DNA of 63,578 nt, filler included, from Octopus bimaculoides (taxonomy: Eukaryota): the NCBI RefSeq assembly GCF_001194135.2. It is 6 parts of 6 records of this genome, joined end to end, with 100 filler letters (N's around TTAATTAATTAA, not from the genome) between each part and the next. Parts side by side here need not be neighbours in the genome. Positions count along the whole stretch, not along the records: positions 23,497 to 53,604 come from NC_068991.1; 5 more parts are not named here. One strand, given 5' to 3'. Under the pieces are notes generated by a model that ran no database searches, had not been told where the DNA came from, and was given only the letters and a program-made list of their open reading frames with translations. Position numbers and translations under genes: made by a program. Of the stretch, positions 36,038 to 48,168 are shown one piece after another (positions within the stretch are counted from its first letter, which is position 1; each line of letters opens with the position of its first letter).

Positions 36038-36163
36038 CTGTGATTACACTGTTGACATGCAAAACATTCAAGGTGATACACGTTTGTCTTTGCTCTCATC
36101 ACTAATTCAAATGCTGGAATCATTTTGGAACAAGCTGAACAATAACCTGTCGTCCCAAATAAT
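36038..36163 (-). CDS. LMO: LMO middle exon, N-terminal half of LIM2 (not in ORF track)
   Basis: Acceptor ttttttatcattgcAG|A and donor CACAG|GTgagt. 126 nt, phase 2-2. Translation (R)[41 protein letters not shown](R) joins both neighbouring exons in frame. Confidence 0.96.
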
Positions 36164-36242
36164 CTGCAATGATAAAAAAATCAGAATTATACATATTGTA
36201 CCGAAATTTGACGCGAGAATAGGAAATGTGGGACAAATTTAA

Positions 36243-36637
36243 TCAAATATTATGTTGTTGGCACTCCGTCGCTTATGACGTCGAGGGTTCCAGTTGATCC
36301 GACCAACGGAACAGCTTGCTCATGAAATTAACGTGAAAGTGGCTGAGCACTCCACAGACACGTGTACCCTTAATATCATCCTTTGTTGAGATTCAGCGTG
36401 ACACAGTTTGACAAGGCTGACCCTTTGAATTACAGGCACAACAGAAACAGGAAGTAAGAGTGAGAGAAAATTGCGGTGAAAGAGTACAGCAGGGTTCGCC
36501 ACCATCCCCTGCCGGAGCCTCGTGGAGTTTTAGGTGTTTTCGCTCAATAAATACTCACAACGCCCGGTCTGGGAATCGAAACCGCGATCCTATAACCGCG
36601 AGTCCGCTGTCCTAACCACGGGGCCATTGAGCCTCCA
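36243..36637 (-). mobile_element. tRNA-derived SINE, fourth family, in an LMO intron
   Basis: Head gtggaggctcaatggcccgtggttagg...ggtttcgattccc (A and B boxes); body gtgtctgtggagtgctcagccact...gatcaactggaacc shared with 31250-31345 and 22325-22357. Confidence 0.82.
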
Positions 36638-36790
36638 CAATCAAATATTAACAGAATACGTTATTGTATAACATAGAGTTGCCTGCATGTATGTATGTAT
36701 GTATATATGAATGTATATATGAATGTATGTATGAATGTATGTATGTATGTATGTATGTATATTAAGTATATATATTATGTATGCCTCTCT

Positions 36791-37132
36791 TTACTTCAGT
36801 CTTTTGACTGCGGCCATGCTGGGGCGCCGCCTTTAGTCGATCAAATCGACCCCAGGACTTATTCTTTGTGAGCCTAGTACTTATTTTATCCGTCACTTTT
36901 GACGAACCGTTAAGTTACGGGGACGTAAACACACCAGCATCGGTTGTCAAGTGATATTGGGGGGACAAACACAGGCACAAACAGACACACACACATATAT
37001 ATACATGTATACGACGGGCTTCTTTTCAGTTTCCGTCTACCATATCTATTCACAAGGCTTTGGTCAACCCGAGGCTATAGTAGAAGACACTTGCCCAAGG
37101 TGCCACGCAGTGGGACTGAACCCGGAACCATG
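36791..37132 (-). mobile_element. Same bipartite SINE family, inverted relative to the copy at 35591
   Basis: Reverse complement of the 35591 copy; 36919-36947 is a perfect 29-nt complement of 35811-35839. Confidence 0.9.
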
Positions 37133-37550
37133 GTGGTGGCAATGGAAGTTATTGTGCTGGAGCTAATGGAGGAGGATGTGGTGGTGGTGATGATGGTTGT
37201 GGTGGTGGTAGGGATGGGGTGGTAGGGTGGGGGTAGTAATAGTAGTTCTAATTATATTAATAGCAATGGAAAGTATGTTGATGTAACAATGTTAGAGAAG
37301 ATATCATGCATGGAACGAGGCGAAGGTGGTGACGGGGCAATAGCCTGGCGTGGCGGTGACGACGACGACGACGACGACGACGATGATGATGATGGTGATG
37401 ATGATGATGATGATAATGATGCCGGCTAGACATAAAGGTTAACGTTTCATATTTCGACTTCAACAAATACATTACAATATAACCAAACACACAAAAAAAT
37501 AGTAAAGAATCTATTCTTCGTTGGAAGCTACAATGGCCCCTGGACAGTAC

Positions 37551-37776
37551 CTTAAATAGTCTCTCCTACACAGGAGTAGGTTTGCTTTGGTGTATAACGT
37601 CGAGCCGACTTCTCCAAGCCTACAATCACAACAGGAACACTTCAGACAATCTTCATGCCAATACTGGTCAAGCGCCTTCAGCAGATAGCGTTCTGTTATC
37701 TTCTTCTTGCAGCCAGCGCATTCCTGCCGCTTGTTGGCCATTCCCGTGGCACTTTCTTGTGAAATCTGCATCGGAC
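37551..37776 (-). CDS. LMO: LMO exon encoding LIM1
   Basis: Acceptor gtcttttcAG|GT CCG ATG and donor TTAAG|GTactg. Translation [74 protein letters not shown](R), nearly identical to vertebrate LMO1/3 LIM1. An in-exon ATG at 37771-37769 would give 178 aa if no upstream coding exon exists. Confidence 0.97.
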
Positions 37777-37815
37777 CTGAAAAGACAAATAGTCGATATA
37801 ATAATAATGATGATG

Positions 37816-37956
<141 letters not shown>

Positions 37957-38247
37957 GCAATAGTGATATTAACATATATACGTATGTAATTATATATAAA
38001 TGTGTATATATGAGCATATACATATATACACATGCATATATATACATATATGTGTGTATACATGCATGTATGCATATAACTATATGCAAACGCATGTGCT
38101 TGCTGGTTAATGCTTTTATGTATACATATGTGAATAAATATATATGTGTGAATCTGAGTATATATATATACACACACATATATACAGATATATTTATGCC
38201 TATATATATATGCCTCTGTATAAATATACAGACATGCATATATGCAT

Positions 38248-38292
<45 letters not shown>

Positions 38293-39178
38293 AGTATATA
38301 GACATGTATGTTTGGTTATATAAATATAAATATATACACATTGATACATGCATACAAACATACATACATACATACAGACATACTTATTAGTCACCCCGAC
38401 ACATACACATACATATGTGTGTGTGTTCGCGCGCACGCACACGTAGAAAGAAAGAATGATATCGACAGAGACAATCTTACAACCACATACACATACTCAC
38501 ACACACACTCACGCGCGTATGCGCTCATAAACGTACACATACATGCAAACACAAACAGCCACAATGACGCATACACACATACATACAATCACTGAGAAAG
38601 TGAAAGTGAAAGTGAGAGGAGAGAGACAGAGAGGAAGAGACAGACATGACAGAGAGGCAGAGACAGAGAGAGGGAGACAGAGACAGAGAGACAGAGACAG
38701 AGAGACAAAGACAGAGAGACACAGACAGAGAGACAGAGAGACGGAGACAGAGGCGATAAGAGAGAAAGAGAGAGCGAGAGAATCACACATTGATACGGTA
38801 CAATGTAACTGACCGTGAAATAACAGAACACGAGAGAAATCAATGAGTAAATTCGATTTGTAATATGTATACAGCATAGCAATAATATGAATGGAACTGT
38901 GCAGCAGCAGTAGCAGCAGCAGCAGCGACAACAACAACAACAACGTCAGCCGTAGTAACAACGAAAGAGGAATGCAAAGCTAGACTCCGTATGACAAGAG
39001 AAACAACGTGAATTGTGGTCTGGTAAGAGAATCATTGGAGCGTGAATGGTAAATGTGTAGGAAAGCATGACAGTTGATTAATCATAGCCGAACAAACGAA
39101 CCGTGAAACTTTAGTAATAGCTGTTTACTCTGCTCTATTGTTTAATTCGAATGCTGTTGCTGTTGCTGTTGTTGTTGC

Positions 39179-39253
<75 letters not shown>

Positions 39254-39935
39254 NNNNNNNNNNNNNNNNNNNNNNNNNNNNNNNNNNNNNNNNNNNNNNN
39301 NNNNNNNNNNNNNNNNNNNNNNNNNNNNNNNNNNNNNNNNNNNNNNNNNNNNNNNNNNNNNNNNNNNNNNNNNNNNNNNNNNNNNNNNNNNNNNNNNNNN
39401 NNNNNNNNNNNNNNNNNNNNNNNNNNNNNNNNNNNNNNNNNNNNNNNNNNNNNNNNNNNNNNNNNNNNNNNNNNNNNNNNNNNNNNNNNNNNNNNNNNNN
39501 NNNNNNNNNNNNNNNNNNNNNNNNNNNNNNNNNNNNNNNNNNNNNNNNNNNNNNNNNNNNNNNNNNNNNNNNNNNNNNNNNNNNNNNNNNNNNNNNNNNN
39601 NNNNNGTGTGTGTGTGTGTGTGTGTACAGGTGCGTGTGTGTGTGTGTGTGTGTGTGTGTACAGGTGCGTGTGTGTGTGGTCTGCTTTTCGTTTTCCATTT
39701 AAGTATATGTCTGAACACAGATACTTCTGCATAGAAGGTATAAACGCATTAATATACAATACACACACACGTACACACACACATATGCAATATGTGTGTG
39801 CATGTACGTACATACACGTTTCACACACACACGTACACAAAAACACACACAGAAATAAAACAAATATGTGCGTTTGTTTTTTATGTATTACACACACACA
39901 CCCACACACATATATATATATATATATATAATGTA

Positions 39936-40010
<75 letters not shown>

Positions 40011-40821
40011 AGACAGACAGACAGAAAGAAAGAGACAGAGACGGATGGTGTGTGCGGGAATGGTAAAAGTACATATACAATAGCACGTGTAAATATCAAT
40101 AAATATAAATACATCCATGTGTATATGCGTATGTGTGTGCGTGCATGTGTAACACATTTGTATATTTGCATAGGCCCATTCACACAAACACATACACTGA
40201 CACACCGGCACACACACATAAACACACACACACACACACGCTCACACACACACATACTCATACACACTCGCACACAGACATGAACATTTCCCTCTTTCAC
40301 ACAGACACACACACATACACGCACACACATACGCACACAAATATAAACAAATATATGCGTGTCTATATATTATATTGCGTCTGTGTGTGCGCGAACGTGC
40401 ATACGTATACGAGTGTGTGTGTGTGCCTCTTTCGAAATATTTGTGCAAAACAAGATAAAATTATCGTATTAATATTCGCACTTATTATTTCATATCAATT
40501 TCCTAGTTGCTATTATTTCAGTGAGTATTTATAAACCATTATATATGTTTGTTTGTTTGCTTGTGTGTTTGTTGGTTTGTTCGTTTGTTGATCTACTTAT
40601 TTATTTTTTATGTATTTATTTATTCGCTTTTTATTTTATTTATTGTTATTGGTTATGTTATTTAATATCTTTGACTGTTGCCGTGTTCTTCGTATTCTAG
40701 GAATGTGTGCATGTGCGTACGTATGTGAGTGTGCGCGTATGTATGTGTGTGTGTGTGTAAGTATGTGTGTGCGCGTGCGGCGGCGCGTGCGGCGGCGTGT
40801 GTGTATGAGTGGGTGTGTATT

Positions 40822-40854
<33 letters not shown>

Positions 40855-41764
40855 GTGTGCGTGTTGGTGACTGAGTATATATTGGCTGTATGGTAAGTAG
40901 CTTGCCTACCAATCACATGGTTCCGGGTTCAGTCCCACTGCGTGGCACCTTCGGCTAGTATCTTCTACTATAGCCTCGGGCCGACCAAAGCCTTGTGAGT
41001 GGATTTGGTAGATGGAAACTGAAAGAAACCTGTCGTATTTATATGTATATATATATATGTGTGTGTGTGTATATATGTGTGTGCGTGTTGGTGACTGAGT
41101 ATATATTGGCTGTATGGTAAGTAGCTTGCCNNNNNNNNNNNNNNNNNNNNNNNNNNNNNNNNNNNNNNNNNNNNNNNNNNNNNNNNNNNNNNNNNNNNNN
41201 NNNNNNNNNNNNNNNNNNNNNNNNNNNNNNNNNNNNNNNNNNNNNNNNNNNNNNNNNNNNNNNNNNNNNNNNNNNNNNNNNNNNNNNNNNNNNNNNNNNN
41301 NNNNNNNNNNNNNNNNNNNNNNNNNNNNNNNNNNNNNNNNNNNNNNNNNNNNNNNNNNNNNNNNNNNNNNNNNNNNNNNNNNNNNNNNNNNNNNNNNNNN
41401 NNNNNNNNNNNNNNNNNNNNNNNNNNNNNNNNNNNNNNNNNNNNNNNNNNNNNNNNNNNNNNNNNNNNNNNNNNNNNNNNNNNNNNNNNNNNNNNNNNNN
41501 NNNNNNNNNNNNNNNATCAGAAACTCCGTAGTCGATAATGGGGGATTCTCCAAAATATAAAAGGAAAACGAACTAAAGGGGGTATGGTCCACATTCTTTA
41601 CGTCCGCTCTTACAAAGAATAAGTCCTGGGGTCAATTTGTTCGACCAAAGGCAGTGCTCCAGCATGGCCGCAGTCAAATGGCTGGAACAAAAGTATATAT
41701 TATCTCTCTCTACAAACACACATGCAAAAACGCACGCACAAACACACACACATATGCACATATA

Positions 41765-41987
41765 TGAGGGGGTGCTGAAAAGAATTTCACCGCTTTAGGT
41801 ATAAAAAAAAATTACAAGGAAATCAGTTGATTATGATTCTATCGAATATATTCTCCTCTCAGAATCTCAAGCATATTGCAGCGGTCCTTCAGTTTTTCTA
41901 AAGCCTGCAAAAGTGCTCAGAAGGTTGGGCCACTAGCCAGGCTTTTCGCGACTCCCTTAAAACCAAGAACTTCTCGGCATCTCCTCG
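41765..41987 (-). mobile_element. Mariner MITE, second family
   Basis: Ends TA-tgagggggtgctgaaaag and cttctcggcatctcctcg-TA are imperfect inverted repeats. The - strand keeps the transposase C-terminus IEKLKDRCNMLEILRGEYIR*. Confidence 0.75.
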
Positions 41988-43249
41988 TACATCTACATGC
42001 ACATGTATACGCATAGGTATGTATATATTCGTATTCTTTTCTACTCTAGGCACAAGGCCAGAAATTTTTGGGAAGGGCGCCAGTCGATTAGATCGACCTT
42101 AGTACGCGACTGATACTTAATTTATCGACCTCGGCGGAATTTTAACTCAGAACATAAAGATAGACGAAATACCGCTAATGTTTGTATTCATATTGCTACA
42201 TACGTACATACATAAATAAAAGTGTGTAGGTAGGTGCCTATNNNNNNNNNNNNNNNNNNNNNNNNNNNNNNNNNNNNNNNNNNNNNNNNNNNNNNNNNNN
42301 NNNNNNNNNNNNNNNNNNNNNNNNNNNNNNNNNNNNNNNNNNNNNNNNNNNNNNNNNNNNNNNNNNNNNNNNNNNNNNNNNNNNNNNNNNNNNNNNNNNN
42401 NNNNNNNNNNNNNNNNNNNNNNNNNNNNNNNNNNNNNNNNNNNNNNNNNNNNNNNNNNNNNNNNNNNNNNNNNNNNNNNNNNNNNNNNNNNNNNNNNNNN
42501 NNNNNNNNNNNNNNNNNNNNNNNNNNNNNNNNNNNNNNNNNNNNNNNNNNNNNNNNNNNNNNNNNNNNNNNNNNNNNNNNNNNNNNNNNNNNNNNNNNNN
42601 NNNNNNNNNNNNNNNNNNNNNNNNNNNNNNNNNNNNNNNNNNNNNNNNNNNNNNNNNNNNNNNNNNNNNNNNNNNNNNNNNNNNNNNNNNNNNNNNNNNN
42701 NNNNNNNNNNNNNNNNNNNNNNNNNNNNNNNNNNNNNNNNNNNNNNNNNNNNNNNNNNNNNNNNNNNNNNNNNNNNNNNNNNNNNNNNNNNNNNNNNNNN
42801 NNNNNNNNNNNNNNNNNNNNNNNNNNNNNNNNNNNNNNNNNNNNNNNNNNNNNNNNNNNNNNNNNNNNNNNNNNNNNNNNNNNNNNNNNNNNNNNNNNNN
42901 NNNNNNNNNNNNNNNNNNNNNNNNNNNNNNNNNNNNNNNNNNNNNNNNNNNNNNNNNNNNNNNNNNNNNNNNNNNNNNNNNNNNNNNNNNNNNNNNNNNN
43001 NNNNNNNNNNNNNNNNNNNNNNNNNNNNNNNNNNNNNNNNNNNNNNNNNNNNNNNNNNNNNNNNNNNNNNNNNNNNNNNNNNNNNNNNNNNNNNNNNNNN
43101 NNNNNNNNNNNNNNNNNNNNNNNNNNNNNNNNNNNNNNNNNNNNNNNNNNNNNNNNNNNNNNNNNNNNNNNNNNNNNNNNNNNNNNNNNNNNGTAGAAAT
43201 AGAAGCAATTTATCGTGCGTAAAAACCTCATATGGATCCTGCAATGATT

Positions 43250-43379
43250 TTTTTAAGGGTATTGTAAGGGTATTCCCTGAGAGAGGAACATGTTGAATAA
43301 AATCATAATTAACTGATTCTCCTCTATTTTTCTTGCTTTTTTTTTTACTCAGAGCCAGGAACCTTTCAGCAACCTCTCA
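43250..43379 (+). mobile_element. Right end of the same mariner family, opposite orientation
   Basis: ctgagagaggaacatgttgaataaaatcataattaactgat...tttcagcaacctctca-TA is similar to the reverse complement of 41765-41860. Confidence 0.65.
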
Positions 43380-43816
43380 TAGATCACCGTGAACAGGCTT
43401 GCACATCGCTGTAATCTCAGTCTCCAAGTTGTGTTTACTTGAGCCAAGAAAGTCAGCAGATCTTCGAGTCTAAAATCCAAGACTAATGCTGATGGCTAGC
43501 GGAATGACCAGCTAGAAACAACAGCTATATCTCTCTCAGATCACACCATGCCATCTTTAGAATTTTTAATATTATTTAACGTTGTCTTCAATTTCCTGGA
43601 GTCCGACAACCACAGCAATGGAAGAGTATTGGTTCATTAAGTGCTACATACACTACATAAAAGAATGTGAGATGGTCATTGGTGGACAGCCTTTGTTCAG
43701 TAGCATGTTGCTAAGCCACGATAACGAAATACGAAGAAAAATGGATATTGATTGATTTGGATATTGCTATGTGATCAAATTTAGTGGATGGAAACTGTAT
43801 GGAAGCCTGTTGTTGG

Positions 43817-43873
<57 letters not shown>

Positions 43874-44837
43874 GTGCGTGTGTGTACGTGTATGTATACA
43901 TATATGTAATATATATATATAATTCATATATATTTATGTATATATGTGCGTGTGTGTGTGTTTGCATATATACATACATGTATATATATATGTTTGTATG
44001 TGTGTGTGTGTGTCCTTTACCACTTGACAACCGATGTAGGTTAGTTTACATCCTTGTAACCTTAGCAATTCAGGAAAATGAAGTATACAGTAGGGACCAT
44101 TTGATCATCGAGTACAAAAACAAGCAAAGAAGAATAAAACTTTAAAGCGGTGCCCCAGCATGGCCAGAATTCAATGACAAAGGAGTGAAAGATAAAAACA
44201 AAATCCTATAATCCACACAAAATCGCACACATACACATTGTCATTGCATTGACTACTGATACTCTACTGCCAGTGTACTACAGCGATCCACTGTTAATCT
44301 ACTGATAATCTACTGACATTCGTACTACCTACTGCTTCGCTCACACGAGATCAATAGACTAATTACTATCATTCATAAAACAAATTCGGTCAAGTTGACT
44401 AAACGGAGAAATCATTTGACAGCTTCAGTTTATCTCCGCTCATTCTTGTATGTTCTTGTGTATGTGTGGATATATATATGTATATATATATATATATATG
44501 TATGTNNNNNNNNNNATATATATATATATCGCCTAAATATGTACACGTATATAAATATATGTACATATATACGTTCTATGTATATATTATATATACATAT
44601 ACACATATATGCATAAGTATATACATATATACATACACTTATATATATAGATAGATAGATATGTGTATGTGTCATATATACATATGTAAGTATAAACACA
44701 CATATATATATATGTATCTATATATGTGTGTGTGTGTGTGTTTGTGTGTGTAATAGTGTGTGTGTACGCTCACACGCATAAATCTGTGTAAATACATCTA
44801 AATGTAAATATACATATATGTTTATACATGCACACAT

Positions 44838-44898
<61 letters not shown>

Positions 44899-45429
44899 CA
44901 TATATATATACACATGCACTCGCACATAGGCATACACATAGTAAGCAAGCAATCCCACTTGTTACTGTTATCACATTCTCTCCTCAAAACTGTGGCAGTT
45001 CCTGGAAACAGCACTATGATTACAATAATTAGCCATCAGTCCCCAACGCTATTGATAAACTGCAAGACACTACCGAAATAAATAATGCACAAATTAATTT
45101 CTTCTAATTGAAAATTGTGCCACTCTGACGTGGTTGGCTTCTAATTAATACAAGCATCTATCTAGTGTAGCTATATATTTTCTAAGTAGTATGCCAGCGT
45201 TGATTTCATTACATTTATCAGCTAAACCACTCGGTTCGTTTCCCTTGGTGGTTTGGTTTGGTTGGTTGGTTGGTTGGTCAGTTGGTTGTGGAGTGGCTTG
45301 TGTCTTTTTTGGCGGGAACCGAAAAGCGGGTGAAAGGTGAAGGCTTGGAGGTGTTACGTTCTTGAGATTTGCTTGGTGCTAGTAAAGGACAATTTTTCTA
45401 TCTAAAGGGGAGTAAGATTTAGTGAGATA

Positions 45430-45465
<36 letters not shown>

Positions 45466-47102
45466 CGTATGTTGTGTATTTCGTGTGCAAGATTCTTGAT
45501 GTGGATACGTGTGTTGAAAGAAATACAATTAAACCTTGGGAGAGGCATTATGCCGGTAATAAACACACGCACTGGTTCAGTCCTTTATTAATTTNNNNNN
45601 NNNNNNNNNNNNNNNNNNNNNNNNNNNNNNNNNNNNNNNNNNNNNNNNNNNNNNNNNNNNNNNNNNNNNNNNNNNNNNNNNNNNNNNNNNNNNNNNNNNN
45701 NNNNNNNNNNNNNNNNNNNNNNNNNNNNNNNNNNNNNNNNNNNNNNNNNNNNNNNNNNNNNNNNNNNNNNNNNNNNNNNNNNNNNNNNNNNNNNNNNNNN
45801 NNNNNNNNNNNNNNNNNNNNNNNNNNNNNNNNNNNNNNNNNNNNNNNNNNNNNNNNNNNNNNNNNNNNNNNNNNNNNNNNNNNNNNNNNNNNNNNNNNNN
45901 NNNNNNNNNNNNNNNNNNNNNNNNNNNNNNNNNNNNNNNNNNNNNNNNNNNNNNNNNNNNNNNNNNNNNNNNNNNNNNNNNNNNNNNNNNNNNNNNNNNN
46001 NNNNNNNNNNNNNNNNNNNNNNNNNNNNNNNNNNNNNNNNNNNNNNNNNNNNNNNNNNNNNNNNNNNNNNNNNNNNNNNNNNNNNNNNNNNNNNNNNNNN
46101 NNNNNNNNNNNNNNNNNNNNNNNNNNNNNNNNNNNNNNNNNNNNNNNNNNNNNNNNNNNNNNNNNNNNNNNNNNNNNNNNNNNNNNNNNNNNNNNNNNNN
46201 NNNNNNNNNNNNNNNNNNNNNNNNNNNNNNNNNNNNNNNNNNNNNNNNNNNNNNNNNNNNNNNNNNNNNNNNNNNNNNNNNNNNNNNNNNNNNNNNNNNN
46301 NNNNNNNNNNNNNNNNNNNNNNNNNNNNNNNNNNNNNNNNNNNNNNNNNNNNNNNNNNNNNNNNNNNNNNNNNNNNNNNNNNNNNNNNNNNNNNNNNNNN
46401 NNNNNNNNNNNNNNNNNNNNNNNNNNNNNNNNATATATATATATGATGAACTCTCCTGTCGGTTTCGACGTATGAGACTCCGACAGCGTACTCTTTCTTT
46501 GTCAGTCATAATTCTTATGTCGAATGTGACATATATGTCCCGCCAACGATTCGCAAAGAAGGCCACAAATGTCGCAAGTTTGAGGATTACAGGTCAGCGT
46601 AGGTGGTATATTTGCAGCCACTTTTCTTCTTTGCCTTGCACCGGCAAAGCTTGTTAATTCTGATTGCAACAAAAATTTTCTAATACCATTTTAACACAAC
46701 AATCTCCATTTTGTTCGTTTCAAAGCTGTTCGGTCTAAAGTGTTTCGTGTTATCTTCATTTCTAAGAAGTTACTCTTCAGCTTCTCCTTATATCTGAGCC
46801 ATGGTCGACCAACATTCCTGTGCCCACTCTCATATATAATACGTATCTCAGAGTTTTATCCATACGTATTTCCATGCAGGTACACGGTGCAAATAACGAT
46901 TTACATAGATATAGACAGATGCATCTTTTGATTCTTTTATACGTTTCAGCCCTAAGGCTGTGGCATACATACATAAATATACATATATACATTCATGGCG
47001 TAGTATGCATGTCGTACTTGCATACGTATGCATGTCATTGAATGTTTGTGTATGTTTGTCTGTGAGGCTGTATGCTTGTGTGTATTTGACGATAATATCT
47101 CA

Positions 47103-47149
<47 letters not shown>

Positions 47150-47684
47150 TGTTTATATTTCTACTCTGTAAAACATTGCTGCAATCCATTAGTGATAATT
47201 ACGGTCAGGGAATGTTAGTATGATGCAGGTGNNNNNNNNNNNNNNNNNNNNNNNNNNNNNNNNNNNNNNNNNNNNNNNNNNNNNNNNNNNNNNNNNNNNN
47301 NNNNNNNNNNNNNNNNNNNNNNNNNNNNNNNNNNNNNNNNNNNNNNNNNNNNNNNNNNNNNNNNNNNNNNNNNNNNNNNNNNNNNNNNNNNNNNNNNNNN
47401 NNNNNNNNNNNNNNNNNNNNNNNNNNNNNNNNNNNNNNNNNNNNNNNNNNNNNNNNNNNNNNNNNNNNNNNNNNNNNNNNNNNNNNNNNNNNNNNNNNNN
47501 NNNNNNNNNNNNNNNNNNNNNNNNNNNNNNNNNNNNNNNNNNNNNNNNNNNNNNNNNNNNNNNNAGCAAGAGGGAGAGAGCGGGGTCGAATATGAGATGA
47601 ATAGGCAGAGAGAGAAAAAGAAAGGAAAAGAAAATTAAGCAGGTAGAGGGAAATAGGCACACGAATATGTGTGGATGTGTGTGG

Positions 47685-47721
<37 letters not shown>

Positions 47722-48008
47722 TGTGTGCGAAGAAAGGCTGGGGGGGGGTTTGCATGTCTCTGTCACTGAGTACGCATACGTATATAATACATACACACAT
47801 ACATATTTATACACACACACACACACGCACGCTCGCGCACGGGCAACACACACAAACACACGCACGCACGACCGCTTATTTTTAAATATATGTGTATAGT
47901 ATATGTGTGGGTTTATGTATGTGTTTATGTATGTATGTGTGTGTGCGTGTGTGTGTGTGTGAAGATGGATTGGTTGGTAGATAGATAGATAGACAGACAG
48001 ACAGATAA

Positions 48009-48068
<60 letters not shown>

Positions 48069-48136
48069 TTAGATAGATAGACAGACATAAGATGTGTACG
48101 TATATACAAACATTCTTACAGATATGATCGTGTCCG

Positions 48137-48168
<32 letters not shown>

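Noticed and set aside
41066-41130. Exact repeat of 40846-40910 beside a gap
   Set aside because: Identity plus position at a contig edge suggests an assembly overlap artefact.
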